A stretch of DNA of 64,000 bases from contig CAVHWE010000001.1 of NCBI GenBank assembly GCA_963639495.1, positions 4,704 through 68,703 on the forward strand. Direction: 5' to 3'. Below the pieces are notes generated by a model, which saw nothing but the letters and a program-made list of their open reading frames with translations, ran no database searches and was not told where the DNA came from. This stretch comes from a bacterium. GTDB lineage: Bacteria; Bacteroidota; Bacteroidia; Bacteroidales; Bacteroidaceae. How positions within the stretch are numbered: position 1 is the first letter of the stretch; each line of letters starts with the position of its first letter. Both the position numbers and the translations under genes were made by a program. Of the stretch, positions 1 through 10,420 are shown one piece after another.

Positions 1-2
1 AT

Positions 3-1472
3 AAGGCATGGAAAGAGCGGAATATAAGCACATCAGCCTTTACCCCTTCTTTGTCGGCAAACAAGCGCCAGGCTATTGTAGATTATTTCAGAGACGAAGC
101 CGAAATCATGATTGCTACCGAGGCGGCATCCGAAGGTATCAACCTTCAGTTTTGTTCGCTTATCGTAAATTACGATTTGCCGTGGAATCCTCAGCGGGTA
201 GAGCAGCGCATAGGTAGATGCCATCGTTATGGACAGAAGAATGATGTTGTGGTTTTCAACTTCATCAACAAGACAAATGCAGCTGATGTGCGTGTGTTCC
301 AACTGCTTTCTGAGAAATTCCATCTCTTTGATGGTGTCTTCGGTTCGAGTGATGAGGTGTTGGGTAGCATCGAGTCGGGTGTTGACTTCGAGAAGCGGAT
401 GCTCAACATCTATCAGCAGTGCCGTACTCCCGAAGAAATCAATGCTGCTTTCGACCAGATTCAGCAAGAGATGGATGCGAGTATCAAGGCGACCATGCAA
501 GATACCCGCAAGCAACTGCTTGAAAACTTTGATGAGGATGTGGTGGGATTGCTGAAGATTCGCCAAGGCAAGGATATGGGAAATCTGAATAAGTTCCATC
601 GTTGGCTTTGGACGATAACCATAGCTACGCTTGGTAAGGAAAATGTAGAAGTGGTAGATGAAACCAATCTCGTCTTTCGCTTGAAACACAATCCTTATCC
701 TGATGTGGCAGCAGAATGTGGCATGTATCAGATAACGACGCTGCAATCGCAATACATCAATTATCGTTTGTCACATCCTTTGGCTCAAAAGGTCATTGCT
801 TTGTGTAAGCAGAATAAGCAAAGTCTGCAGAATCTCCTCTTCGATTATAGCCTATACCGTTATAAGGTAGCAGATATTGAACAATGTGCTTATGAAAGTG
901 GATGGCTTCAGGCTCATCTTGTTTCTTTTATATCCGAAGGACAGCAGGAACAGCACATTGTGCTGACGGCACTTGCGGAAGATGGAACGGCTTTGGGTCA
1001 GGAGTTTGCTGAAAAACTATTGAATGTACCATCGGTAGTTACAGGAAATGTTTATGTGCAGGAGGAAGCAAGCCGGAAGCTGGCTTCCCTGTATGATAAC
1101 CGGCGAGCAGCCTTGACCGTTCAGATAGAAGAACGAAACAAGGCTTTGCTTGATACCGAAATTCAGCATATCGAGAAGTGGGCAGAAGACCAGCAGCTCT
1201 CTTTGGAGAATGAACTGAAAGATATCAAGGCTAAAATCAAGGAGAAGAAAAGACTTTTGAGTCGTTCGGAGAATGCACAGCAAACTTTGACTCTGGAAAA
1301 GGATTTGAATACCCTCACTCGTCAGCAGAAGCGTAAGCGAGCCGAAATCTTTAATCTGGAAGATGAGATAGAGGAAAAGCGAGACGGAATGATAGACAAA
1401 GTGAAGGCATTTATCCAGCAGCATATTACGGAAGAAGAACTCTTCTGTGTGCATTGGACTTTAAAGAAATGA
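3..1472 (+). CDS. SNF2-family helicase, C-terminal part (5' end outside the window)
   Basis: Frame is open from position 3. Helicase-C motifs ATEAASEGINLQ, NYDLPWNPQRVEQRIGRCHRYGQ are followed by a coiled-coil C-terminus; lies directly upstream of mod/res. Confidence 0.9.
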   Translation, partial: KAWKERNISTSAFTPSLSANKRQAIVDYFRDEAEIMIATEAASEGINLQFCSLIVNYDLPWNPQRVEQRIGRCHRYGQKNDVVVFNFINKTNAADVRVFQLLSEKFHLFDGVFGSSDEVLGSIESGVDFEKRMLNIYQQCRTPEEINAAFDQIQQEMDASIKATMQDTRKQLLENFDEDVVGLLKIRQGKDMGNLNKFHRWLWTITIATLGKENVEVVDETNLVFRLKHNPYPDVAAECGMYQITTLQSQYINYRLSHPLAQKVIALCKQNKQSLQNLLFDYSLYRYKVADIEQCAYESGWLQAHLVSFISEGQQEQHIVLTALAEDGTALGQEFAEKLLNVPSVVTGNVYVQEEASRKLASLYDNRRAALTVQIEERNKALLDTEIQHIEKWAEDQQLSLENELKDIKAKIKEKKRLLSRSENAQQTLTLEKDLNTLTRQQKRKRAEIFNLEDEIEEKRDGMIDKVKAFIQQHITEEELFCVHWTLKK

Positions 1473-1512
1473 AACGGAAACAAAGCAAGATAACATAACT
1501 AAGATAAAAACA

Positions 1513-4443
1513 ATGACACTATACGAACAGAAATTTAGAGATATACTTGCAGAAATACTGCAACTCGACCAAGCCGAACTCGACTTTGGTATATATCGCA
1601 TTATGAATCAGAAGCGTAAGGATATCGAGGCGTTCTTGAACAATCGTCTTGTTCCTGAAATTACAAAGATTTTGAAGGCTCAAACTTCTGCAGGAACGGA
1701 TATTTCTGCCATGGAGAATGAGGTGTTTTCTCATTTGGCTAAATTCTTTAGCCGTTATTATGAGGGTGGCGATTTTATCTCTAAACGTCGCTATAAGGAT
1801 GATGCCTATGCCATTCCTTATAGTGGTGAGGAGGTGAAGTTGTATTGGGCAAATTCCGACCAGTATTACATCAAGACTTCTGAGTATTTCAAGAATTACT
1901 CGTTCGTGTTGCCAACCAGCCGTCGTAAGGTACACTTTGTTCTTCGTGATGCGGATACGGAGCAGAACAACAACAAGGCAGCCAACAATATGGAGCGCCG
2001 TTTCCAACTTTGTGAAGAGGACTGTATCGCAGAGGAAGATGATGAGCTAAACATCTTCTTTACTTATGAGTTGATGCCGAAGACTACCAAGCAGGATGCA
2101 CTTATCAAGGATGCTGAGGCTAAGATCATTTCCTTGTTTGCTGAAGGAAAATATGCAGACTTTGCAGAGGTGGTCAATGAAAAGGTGCCAACAGAAAAGA
2201 ATAAGGAACGCACTTTGCTGATGAAGCATCTGCAAGACTATACGGCAAAGAACAACTTTGATTATTTCATCCACAAAGACCTGGGCGGTTTCCTTCGTAG
2301 AGAACTTGATTTCTATATCAAAAACGAGGTGATGTTCTTGGATGATTTGGATGCCACTCATATCATGGAGCATTTGGCACAAGTGAAAGCCATCAAGCTG
2401 GTAGGAGAGAAGATTATCACCTTTCTTGCCCAGCTCGAAGACTTCCAAAAGAAGTTGTGGCTCAAGAAAAAGTTTGTAGTCGGTTGTGATTATTGTATCA
2501 CGCTCGACCGCATTCCTCGTACCCTTTACTCTGAGATTATAGCCAATGATGCCCAAAGAAAAGAATGGGTTCGCCTCTTTGCTGTCGATGAAATCAAAGG
2601 GAATATGATGACCGAGGGCTATAGTGAGCCATTAACAGAAAAGTTCCTGGAAGACAATCCTTTCCTTGTGCTTGACACCAAGTTCTTTAGTGCCGAGTTC
2701 AAGCATAAACTCGTGGGAAGTATGGAGAAAGTGGATGAGGAGTGTAATGGATTGCTGATAAAAAGTGATAATTATCAAGCATTAAACTTATTGGCAAAAA
2801 AATATAGAAAGAGTATTGATGGTATTTATTCTGACCCTCCTTATAATACTGGTTCTGATGGCTTTTTGTATAAAGATGGCTACCCTCATAGCTCATGGTT
2901 GTCTATGATGAATGATAGATTGGAGTGCACAAACAGTATGGTTAAGGAAGAAGCTCCAACCTTTATTAGTTTGAATTCAAATGAGTTTACAAATTTGGTG
3001 TCCTCATTGAATTCTATTGATACATGGTTTTCTATTAAAGTGAGACATGAAGCACGAATATTGAGAAAGGATATAAAATATCAGGACGTTATAGAATACT
3101 TGATCCAATTAAATCCAAATTTCAATCCATCGAGAATTATGGATGCAGAAGATGATACTCTTAAAGATTACATTTATGAGGTAAAGGAATTGGCAGAACC
3201 GGATGAAGTCTTAGAAATTGCAGATTATAAAATAGAAATGTTTAAAGCAGGTCATTTTGAAGTAAACAAAACAGAGCCAAATGCAAAATCATTAAAGAGA
3301 TATTTAATACGAGGTTCTTTGATTACTCAAAGTGGGTCTGCTAGTGAATTTTATGAAGGTAATCTTAGAAGCCGAAGAGGGCAGGATGGCTATGGTTGTC
3401 TCTATAAAGTTATTGGTATGGGTGAACGTGGTGATGGTTTAGGATATAGATATATTATGCAACCAGAACAAAATGGTGGTGATAATGGTATTTATTTTCA
3501 AGGAGTTCCTTTGAAGCATGAAGATAAGGGATTACCGCGTCCTAATTTGTATGATTTTGAAGCACAATTCAATAACTGTTCTAATGAAGGTGGAGTTAAG
3601 TTCCCTGGCGGCAAGAAGCCTTTAGCATTTCTAGATAAAGTTTTTGAAATATCAAACTTTTCCAAAGATGCTATAATAATGGATTTTTTTGCAGGATCAG
3701 CTTCTACTTTGCATGAAATTATTTGTAGTAATCAAAGAGATAAGGCAAATCGCAAGTATATTATGGTGGAGATGGGAGAGCACTTTGATTTAAAAACAAA
3801 GACACGTTCCTTACGTTCTATTTATTCTTTTGAGAAAAATGCTTGGAAGGATGGCAAGCCTATTTCCCGTAAAGGCATTTCTCAATGCTTCAAGTACATC
3901 CGTCTGGAGCAATATGAGGATACCCTAAATAATTTGCAGCCGAAGAACCAGCGACTCGACTTCGATAGCGAGAATGGCAAGGGAGATTTCGAGGAAACCT
4001 ATTTCCTCCGTTATATGCTCGATACAGAAACCAAGGGAGATCTCTTCAACCTGGAATGGTTTAAGAACCCGTTTGCCATGTCTATCAAGACAACCAAGGA
4101 TAATGAGTTGGTAGATACCCATGTTGATATGGTGGAAACCTTCAACTACCTTATCGGTCTGAATGTAGAGACGCTCCGTTATCCTAAGGATGGTTACTGT
4201 GTGGTGGAAGGAACTACCCATATCGGCAACGAGCGAACCCTTGTGATTTGGAGAAACTGCAACAAGGTGAGCAACGAAGACTTGAATGAATTCTTCCGTA
4301 AGCAAGCCTACTGCACCACAGACTCAGAGTTCGATAAGATTTATGTAAATGGTGATAATACATTACCGAATATCAAGACGGATGAGGAACATTGGAAAGT
4401 GGTACTCATTGAGGAAGAATTTAAGAAGAGAATGTTTGAATAG
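1513..4443 (+). CDS. mod: Type III restriction-modification methyltransferase (Mod, beta-class N6-adenine)
   Basis: Motif IV DPPY (2833-2844), then a variable central region, then motif I DFFAGSA; the N-terminus LDFGIYRIMN is typical of long Mod proteins; adjacent to res. Confidence 0.9.
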   Translation: MTLYEQKFRDILAEILQLDQAELDFGIYRIMNQKRKDIEAFLNNRLVPEITKILKAQTSAGTDISAMENEVFSHLAKFFSRYYEGGDFISKRRYKDDAYAIPYSGEEVKLYWANSDQYYIKTSEYFKNYSFVLPTSRRKVHFVLRDADTEQNNNKAANNMERRFQLCEEDCIAEEDDELNIFFTYELMPKTTKQDALIKDAEAKIISLFAEGKYADFAEVVNEKVPTEKNKERTLLMKHLQDYTAKNNFDYFIHKDLGGFLRRELDFYIKNEVMFLDDLDATHIMEHLAQVKAIKLVGEKIITFLAQLEDFQKKLWLKKKFVVGCDYCITLDRIPRTLYSEIIANDAQRKEWVRLFAVDEIKGNMMTEGYSEPLTEKFLEDNPFLVLDTKFFSAEFKHKLVGSMEKVDEECNGLLIKSDNYQALNLLAKKYRKSIDGIYSDPPYNTGSDGFLYKDGYPHSSWLSMMNDRLECTNSMVKEEAPTFISLNSNEFTNLVSSLNSIDTWFSIKVRHEARILRKDIKYQDVIEYLIQLNPNFNPSRIMDAEDDTLKDYIYEVKELAEPDEVLEIADYKIEMFKAGHFEVNKTEPNAKSLKRYLIRGSLITQSGSASEFYEGNLRSRRGQDGYGCLYKVIGMGERGDGLGYRYIMQPEQNGGDNGIYFQGVPLKHEDKGLPRPNLYDFEAQFNNCSNEGGVKFPGGKKPLAFLDKVFEISNFSKDAIIMDFFAGSASTLHEIICSNQRDKANRKYIMVEMGEHFDLKTKTRSLRSIYSFEKNAWKDGKPISRKGISQCFKYIRLEQYEDTLNNLQPKNQRLDFDSENGKGDFEETYFLRYMLDTETKGDLFNLEWFKNPFAMSIKTTKDNELVDTHVDMVETFNYLIGLNVETLRYPKDGYCVVEGTTHIGNERTLVIWRNCNKVSNEDLNEFFRKQAYCTTDSEFDKIYVNGDNTLPNIKTDEEHWKVVLIEEEFKKRMFE

Positions 4444-4451
4444 GTCTTATT

Positions 4452-7400
4452 ATGGCTAAGAAAATACAGAAGAAAGGAAAACTGCAGCAGGCACTGGTCC
4501 TGTTTCATTATATCTTGCAGCTGTTTGGCTGTAAGGACTTGGAGGCTTTGTCTCGTGATCTCAAGGATCCTGCATACGAAGGATTGAATGATGACCACGA
4601 GTCAAAACTCTATCATGAGCTTTGTCATAAGCTCTATGCTACAGGTCCTTTATCCATGGAACAGTTGTACTTTTACGACCAGCATATCGTGAAGTTTACT
4701 GATGAGATTAACGAGAAGCGGAGTGAACCTATCAAGTGGAAGTACTTCCAGTATCTATCCCTCTTGTTCACGGAAATCTATCTCGACCAGTATTTCAGTA
4801 ATCCGCAGGCACTTTGCGACAACCTGAATCGTTTTCTGCATGATGACTTCAATCATCGTGCAGAAACCTGGCATGAGTTGCCCGACTTTACGGTTGATGA
4901 CTTGAATAAGTTGGCCTATTGGAATGCAACAGGTTCGGGCAAGACTCTGCTGATGCATATCAACATCAAGCAATATCAGGAGTATGCCAGAATCCATCAT
5001 GCCAAGAAACTCAACCGCATCATCGTATTGACTCCGAATGAAGGATTGAGCCGTCAGCATTATGAAGAGTTGAAGGCTTCTAATATGGATGTTGCTATGT
5101 TCAGTAAGCAAGGAATCGGTGGCATGTTTCAAGGCAAGGCTGTAGAAATCATCGACATCAATAAATTGGCAGATAAAGATGGAGATAAAACGGTAGCTGT
5201 TGAGGCTTTCGAGGGCAACAACCTGGTATTGGTAGATGAAGGTCACAAAGGTTCCAGTGGCGATGTCTGGATGGGGTATCGCCAGAAGCTGACCGAGGAA
5301 GGCTTCTCTTTTGAGTATTCCGCTACCTTTGGTCAAGCCATTTCTGCAAAGAGTAATGCCAAAGACCGGAAGGCGATGTTCGACCAATATGGTAAGGCTA
5401 CACTCTTTGATTATTCCTATCGTTATTTCTATGCCGATGGATATGGCAAGGATTATCGTATCATGAATATGAACGACTGGAATGATGATGATCTGCTCAA
5501 TATGTATCTCACGGCATATTTGTTATGTCTTTATGAGCAGACAAAAATCTATCAGAGTGATGTGCGGATTCATAACAGGTTTCTGGTGGAGAAGCCATTG
5601 GGAATATTTGTGGGAAGTAGCGTAAAGGCTGTGAGCAAGGAAAATAAGAATCAGGTATCGGATGTAACTCAGATACTCTTGTTCTTGCAGGATTTTATCC
5701 GGAATCGTACAGAGTTTTCAGGTTATATCCGTCGTTTGCTCAGTTCGGAAGATGGATTGAAAACAAAGAATGGTTATTCTGTTTTTGGCAACTCTTTCCT
5801 GGCGCTTAAAGGTGGTTATCTCGTAGAAGATGACAAACAGAAGTTTGCCGAGAACATCTACGATGCTATCCTGCGGGATCTTTTCCACTCCAATATCCAT
5901 GGTGCCCAACTTCATATCGACCTTCAAAAAGGAGGTTTTGAGGAGATTGGATTGAGAGTAGGAAGTGCTAAGGATTATTTCGGCGTTATCAATGTGGGAG
6001 ATGGTAAGGAATTGCTGAAACTCTTGCAGGATAAAGGATTCCTTTGCGAAACGAAAGCATTCGGAACTTCCAGCCTCTTCAACAATATCAATTCTCAAGA
6101 TTCAACCGTCAACATCCTGATTGGTTCCAAGAAGTTTACCGAGGGATGGAGCAGTTGGCGAGTTTCCGTGATGGGGCTGATGAATGTGGGACGCAGCGAA
6201 GGTTCTGAGATAATTCAGCTTTTCGGTCGTGGCGTTCGTCTGAAGGGATACAGATATTCCCTGAAGCGAAGCAAGATGCTGGATGCCTGCTATCAGGACG
6301 AGATGATTCCAAAGAATTTGTCAACCATCGAGACTCTGAATATCTTTGGCGTGCGGGCTGATTATATGGAAGCCTTCAAGGCATATTTGGAGGATGAAGG
6401 TTTGCCAACCAATGAGATAGACTATGAGAAGATTGTCATCAAAACCATTAAGTCTGTTGATTTAGACGCTCTTCATCTTTCATTGCCGAAAGTCGTGGAT
6501 GGCTATAACTTCAAGAAGTCTGCCGTGGTGGAACCTGCCGAAGAAAGCCTGATGAAAAAGGTGAATGTAAAACTGGACAAATATCCAAAGGTAGATTTGC
6601 TGAGAAGCAACAATGTTCAAACAGCTAATGCTGCAAGTCGCTATATAGGTGTTTTGGGGCAGGAGCATCTGAATTGGATAGACTGGACGGAAGTGTTCTT
6701 TTCCTTGCAAGGTATGAAGGCAGAGCGAGGTTGGTATAATCTGGAGTTGCGATTGGAAGATTTGAAGTATTTGATGGCGAATCCTTTCTGGTACGAATTG
6801 TCTATTCCTGAGGACCGTTTGAATTTTCATGATTTCGGAAAGAATGTGGAGTTGTGGCAGGATATTACAATCAGTCTGCTTCGAGGCTATATGGATATGG
6901 CTTATAAGAAAGCCAAGTCGAAGGAAGAGCAAAAACATCTGAAGGAGACGCGCGTTACCTATTATAATATAGGTATGCCTGATGAATATGAAATAGAGGT
7001 TCGTAACGACCTGCTTAATGTGGTGGATCATTTGAAAAAATTGCAGGCGCAGGTGGAGGCCAATGAATTTGGTAAAGACTTAGTTCTTGATGCTCCTTAT
7101 TTCAAGGCATTGGATGTGAAGGAACATCTGTATAAGCCTTTGGTATTCCTTGCTGAGAAAGATACCAATGGTAATCGTCCTTATATGGATGTTGTAACTG
7201 GTGAGCCAACGTTGAAGGTGTCTCCTGTGGCATTAAACTTAGGAGAACAGAACTTTGTGTCTTCCTTCCGTGAATATTGTAAGGCTCATCAAGACGATGT
7301 GTTAGATGGTAAGCAGGTTTATCTGCTTCGCAATGAGAGCAAGAGGGGATTGGGCTTCTTTGAGGCAAACAACTTCTATCCTGATTTTATCTTATGGATA

Positions 7401-7700
7401 TTGGATGGAGAGAAGCAATACATCACTTTCATCGATCCGAAAGGTATTCGCAATCTTAAAGGATTGGAGGATGATAAGATTCAACTCTTCAAGTATTTAC
7501 AGACAGAAGTGTCTTCTCAGTTGGGCAACGCTCACCTGATGTTGAACAGTTTCATTATCAGCAATACGCCAATGGAGCAGGTTGAGTTTTGGTTGAAGAA
7601 TCCATTTGAGAAAGGTGAATTCCAAAAGAATCATGTGCTGTTTAAGGATAATAAAGTCTATCTGGACACAATGGTGAATATGATTTTGCAGTATATGTAG
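4452..7700 (+). CDS. res: Type III restriction endonuclease (Res): DEAD-like helicase plus PD-(D/E)XK nuclease
   Basis: ATGSGKT, LVDEGH, YSATF, QLFGRGVR helicase motifs; C-terminal FYPDF...FIDPKG nuclease motif. Confidence 0.9.
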   Translation: MAKKIQKKGKLQQALVLFHYILQLFGCKDLEALSRDLKDPAYEGLNDDHESKLYHELCHKLYATGPLSMEQLYFYDQHIVKFTDEINEKRSEPIKWKYFQYLSLLFTEIYLDQYFSNPQALCDNLNRFLHDDFNHRAETWHELPDFTVDDLNKLAYWNATGSGKTLLMHINIKQYQEYARIHHAKKLNRIIVLTPNEGLSRQHYEELKASNMDVAMFSKQGIGGMFQGKAVEIIDINKLADKDGDKTVAVEAFEGNNLVLVDEGHKGSSGDVWMGYRQKLTEEGFSFEYSATFGQAISAKSNAKDRKAMFDQYGKATLFDYSYRYFYADGYGKDYRIMNMNDWNDDDLLNMYLTAYLLCLYEQTKIYQSDVRIHNRFLVEKPLGIFVGSSVKAVSKENKNQVSDVTQILLFLQDFIRNRTEFSGYIRRLLSSEDGLKTKNGYSVFGNSFLALKGGYLVEDDKQKFAENIYDAILRDLFHSNIHGAQLHIDLQKGGFEEIGLRVGSAKDYFGVINVGDGKELLKLLQDKGFLCETKAFGTSSLFNNINSQDSTVNILIGSKKFTEGWSSWRVSVMGLMNVGRSEGSEIIQLFGRGVRLKGYRYSLKRSKMLDACYQDEMIPKNLSTIETLNIFGVRADYMEAFKAYLEDEGLPTNEIDYEKIVIKTIKSVDLDALHLSLPKVVDGYNFKKSAVVEPAEESLMKKVNVKLDKYPKVDLLRSNNVQTANAASRYIGVLGQEHLNWIDWTEVFFSLQGMKAERGWYNLELRLEDLKYLMANPFWYELSIPEDRLNFHDFGKNVELWQDITISLLRGYMDMAYKKAKSKEEQKHLKETRVTYYNIGMPDEYEIEVRNDLLNVVDHLKKLQAQVEANEFGKDLVLDAPYFKALDVKEHLYKPLVFLAEKDTNGNRPYMDVVTGEPTLKVSPVALNLGEQNFVSSFREYCKAHQDDVLDGKQVYLLRNESKRGLGFFEANNFYPDFILWILDGEKQYITFIDPKGIRNLKGLEDDKIQLFKYLQTEVSSQLGNAHLMLNSFIISNTPMEQVEFWLKNPFEKGEFQKNHVLFKDNKVYLDTMVNMILQYM

Positions 7701-7771
7701 GAAAAAGTTTTTCTTTTTTAATGTCACTTCTGCCACGCGGAGTGTAAGTTGTTGATACACAGAAAGAAATG

Positions 7772-7802
7772 GGTGGCAATAAGACGTGTTCTTATTGTCA
7801 CC
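7772..7802. terminator. Hairpin between res and the convergent HEPN relic
   Basis: GGTGGCAATAAGA...TCTTATTGTCACC inverted repeat; no strong U-tract. Confidence 0.45.
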
Positions 7803-7834
7803 TATTGCCACCTAATGCCACGCCTTATTCTTGC

Positions 7835-7963
7835 TTATTCTTCTGTAAACTTCTCAGAATCAAGTAGCTGTTTGATTTGTGGCATCAAAACAGGTATATC
7901 CTTCTCTATGATATTCCAAAGCTGTTTTGGCTTAATTGTATAGTATCCATGCACCAAAACATG
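7835..7963 (-). pseudogene. C-terminal fragment of a HEPN/DUF86 (HepT-like) toxin
   Basis: Translates as HVLVHGYYTIKPKQLWNIIEKDIPVLMPQIKQLLDSEKFTEE*, matching the (R)HxLVHGY...W..I..D.P.L pattern of DUF86; an in-frame TAG precedes it and there is no start. Confidence 0.75.
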
Positions 7964-8062
7964 CTATTTTTCTAGTCTATAAAGTGAAAAAGTGTCTATT
8001 GATAGAAAGAAAAGTCACGCTAAGGCGATGTCCGCTTGTACCCGAGGCGTTGGGCAAATTTG

Positions 8063-8189
8063 CACCAACTACCTTGGTCATCTTTACCCATCGTCTCGGT
8101 CACTCGTACCCATCGTCTCGGTCATGCGTACCCGTGTACGTGGTCACGGATACCCGTGTACGTGGGTATGGATGCTTGTACGTGGGTAG
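8063..8189. repeat. Degenerate 22-bp-period tandem array
   Basis: GGTCA at 8076, 8098, 8120, 8142 (GGGTA at 8164); TACCC at 8085, 8107, 8129, 8151. Confidence 0.85.
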
Positions 8190-8205
8190 AAAATGATGCG
8201 GGTTT

Positions 8206-9072
8206 CTAGAATACGCAAGGCAATGCAGAGAGCTGGTGCATAATGGTCTTTGCCATACGAGCATGACCGGCATCGTTTGGATGAAGACGGTCGGTATCCG
8301 GCTTGTTAAACATCTGGGCACCAGCATCGTAAAGAGGGAAAAGACCGGAAAGAGAGTTGAGGTCGATGACCGGAACTGCCCATACATTGCCTGTTTCCTT
8401 GATAGCCTTTACGTATTCATCGAAGAAAATGCCGCGAGCATTCTCGTACATCTCATCTGGCTGGATGTTCTTGTCACCACTGGCGAAGAGGGCACGGTGC
8501 ACAGGTGTCATCACCACGATTTGCTTGGTAGGATACATCTGCTTCAACTTCGACATGGCGATGTTGATGCGGCCTTTCAAGGTGTTCTTGTCCATACAGA
8601 AGTGGCGGTGGCGGCGCTGTACCATTTCGCTTGGCTTGTGGCGGGCCACTCTCACGCTGTCGAAAGTTTCTGTATACCATTCGCCTACAGGCACACCATT
8701 GTTGTAATCGTTGGTACCCATAAAAATGAGGATGGCATCGAAATCATCACCATGCTCTTGCTGGAGCTGGTCTGCCTGACGGGGAATGTCGTTCCACTGT
8801 CTGCCGCTCACGCCGTAAACATAAGGGGTGATGCCGAGCCATTCCTGCAGGAATCCCCAGTATTTCACCTTCGATGCCTTGATGTTAGGGTCGGTGATGG
8901 AGTCGCCGAAGTAAGCCACCTTCTTTCCCTTCCACGGATGCTGAAGGTTCTTGAAAGCCTTTTCTTTTTCTGCTATTTCCTTCTTGCTCATCGCCTTTTG
9001 GGCGAAGGCGGGTAGGGTTGGCATCGCCAGAGTGAGGGCAAGTGCCAGCGTCATGATTGTCTGTTTCTTCAT
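8206..9072 (-). CDS. SGNH/GDSL hydrolase (secreted esterase)
   Basis: Signal peptide; blocks FGDSIT, GVSG, GTND, DRLHPN. Confidence 0.9.
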   Translation of the reverse strand: MKKQTIMTLALALTLAMPTLPAFAQKAMSKKEIAEKEKAFKNLQHPWKGKKVAYFGDSITDPNIKASKVKYWGFLQEWLGITPYVYGVSGRQWNDIPRQADQLQQEHGDDFDAILIFMGTNDYNNGVPVGEWYTETFDSVRVARHKPSEMVQRRHRHFCMDKNTLKGRINIAMSKLKQMYPTKQIVVMTPVHRALFASGDKNIQPDEMYENARGIFFDEYVKAIKETGNVWAVPVIDLNSLSGLFPLYDAGAQMFNKPDTDRLHPNDAGHARMAKTIMHQLSALPCVF

Positions 9073-9228
9073 AATTCGTTTGTTTTTATTCTTAATTCTG
9101 AGCGCAAAGGTACGTCAAAAATCTCAAACGGCGCAATATTTTTTGTTCAAATGTCGGTCTATTTCTGCTTTTTTTTGTAATTTTGCAGCCGCAAATAGAA
9201 ATGAATATATAAAACAGGTATATTAAGG

Positions 9229-10410
9229 ATGACTGTCAGTTTGGGTAAATTGAGTAATTTTAGTGATTTGGCGCGCAAGCGAGTGGCGGTTGCGGCTTAT
9301 TATTTTGTACCGGGAGTGGTGTTTGCCAGTTGGGCAAGCCGTATTCCGGATGTAAAACAGATGTTGCATCTGAGCAACGGACAGTTGGGAACTGTGCTCT
9401 TTGCCATTCCTATCGGCCAGCTTCTGATGATGGCTTTCTCGGGTATCCTGGTGAGTAGATTTGGCAGCAAGAAGATGCTGGTTCTCTCAGAACTGCTCTA
9501 TGCCCTGGTTCTTTTCTGCATAGGTAGCAGTACTACAGTTTTTCATCTGATTTTGAGTCTTATTGCTTTCGGAATGATGGCGAATCTGATGAATATTGCC
9601 ACCAATACGCAGGCATGTCTGATAGAGAAGATGTATGGGCGCAACATCATGTCGTCGTTTCATGGTCTGTGGAGTCTGGGCGGTTTTTCGGGTGGTATCA
9701 TCGGTGCCATCTTTGCCAATACTTTGCTCCCGATAGATGTCCACTTTGGAACTATCCTGGCTCTGAGTATTCTCATTGTTGCTGTCGGTTTCCGCTTTCT
9801 GGTTAATGATGCCACGGCGAAGGCTGAAGAGGAGGATGTTCCGAAGTTCTCTTTCAAGACCATCGACCCGATTCTGTTCCTCTTGGGACTGATGGGATTT
9901 GCCGGCATGTTCTGTGAAGGTACCGTTTACGATTGGAGTAGCGTATATTTCTCATCAGTAGTAAAACCCGATGAGGCTTTTATCCGTGCGGGTTATGTGG
10001 CTGGTATGGGAGCGATGACGTTGGGTCGTTTCATGGCTGATGGCTTTGTTACGAAATACGGACCAGCCAGAGTCTTGAAGGTTTGTGGTGGTTTGATATT
10101 GGGTGGTTTGTGGATGGCTGCCGCCTTGCCTTATCTGATTCCTGCCACCCTGGGCTTCCTGCTGGTAGGTTTCGGCATCTCTTCGTCGGTTCCAATCTGT
10201 TACAGTATTGCCGGAAAGTTGGGAACCATCAAGGCGAGCATCGCCATTACCATCGTTTCGAGCATCAGTTTCTTCGGTTTCCTGGTAGGACCTCCTGTTA
10301 TCGGATGGCTTGCTGAGGCCACCGGACTTCGTATTGCCATCAGCATCGCCGCCTGCCTGGGGCTGATGATTGCGTTTGTTGCCGCTAAGGTAGGAAAGAG
10401 ATTATCCTGA
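9229..10410 (+). CDS. MFS transporter
   Basis: About 12 hydrophobic segments; WASRIP, MSSFHGLWSLG, CEG..DWS motifs. Confidence 0.88.
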   Translation: MTVSLGKLSNFSDLARKRVAVAAYYFVPGVVFASWASRIPDVKQMLHLSNGQLGTVLFAIPIGQLLMMAFSGILVSRFGSKKMLVLSELLYALVLFCIGSSTTVFHLILSLIAFGMMANLMNIATNTQACLIEKMYGRNIMSSFHGLWSLGGFSGGIIGAIFANTLLPIDVHFGTILALSILIVAVGFRFLVNDATAKAEEEDVPKFSFKTIDPILFLLGLMGFAGMFCEGTVYDWSSVYFSSVVKPDEAFIRAGYVAGMGAMTLGRFMADGFVTKYGPARVLKVCGGLILGGLWMAAALPYLIPATLGFLLVGFGISSSVPICYSIAGKLGTIKASIAITIVSSISFFGFLVGPPVIGWLAEATGLRIAISIAACLGLMIAFVAAKVGKRLS

Positions 10411-10420
10411 ATAAGGAAAC

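Noticed and set aside
1513..2760. Phase-variable simple-sequence repeat in mod
   Set aside because: No long homopolymer or short-unit tract seen in the 5' region or promoter.
7936..8196. Small ORFs over the 8.1-kb repeat array (and 10600-11070)
   Set aside because: Open frames arise from the repeats or overlap a real gene antisense; no coding signature.
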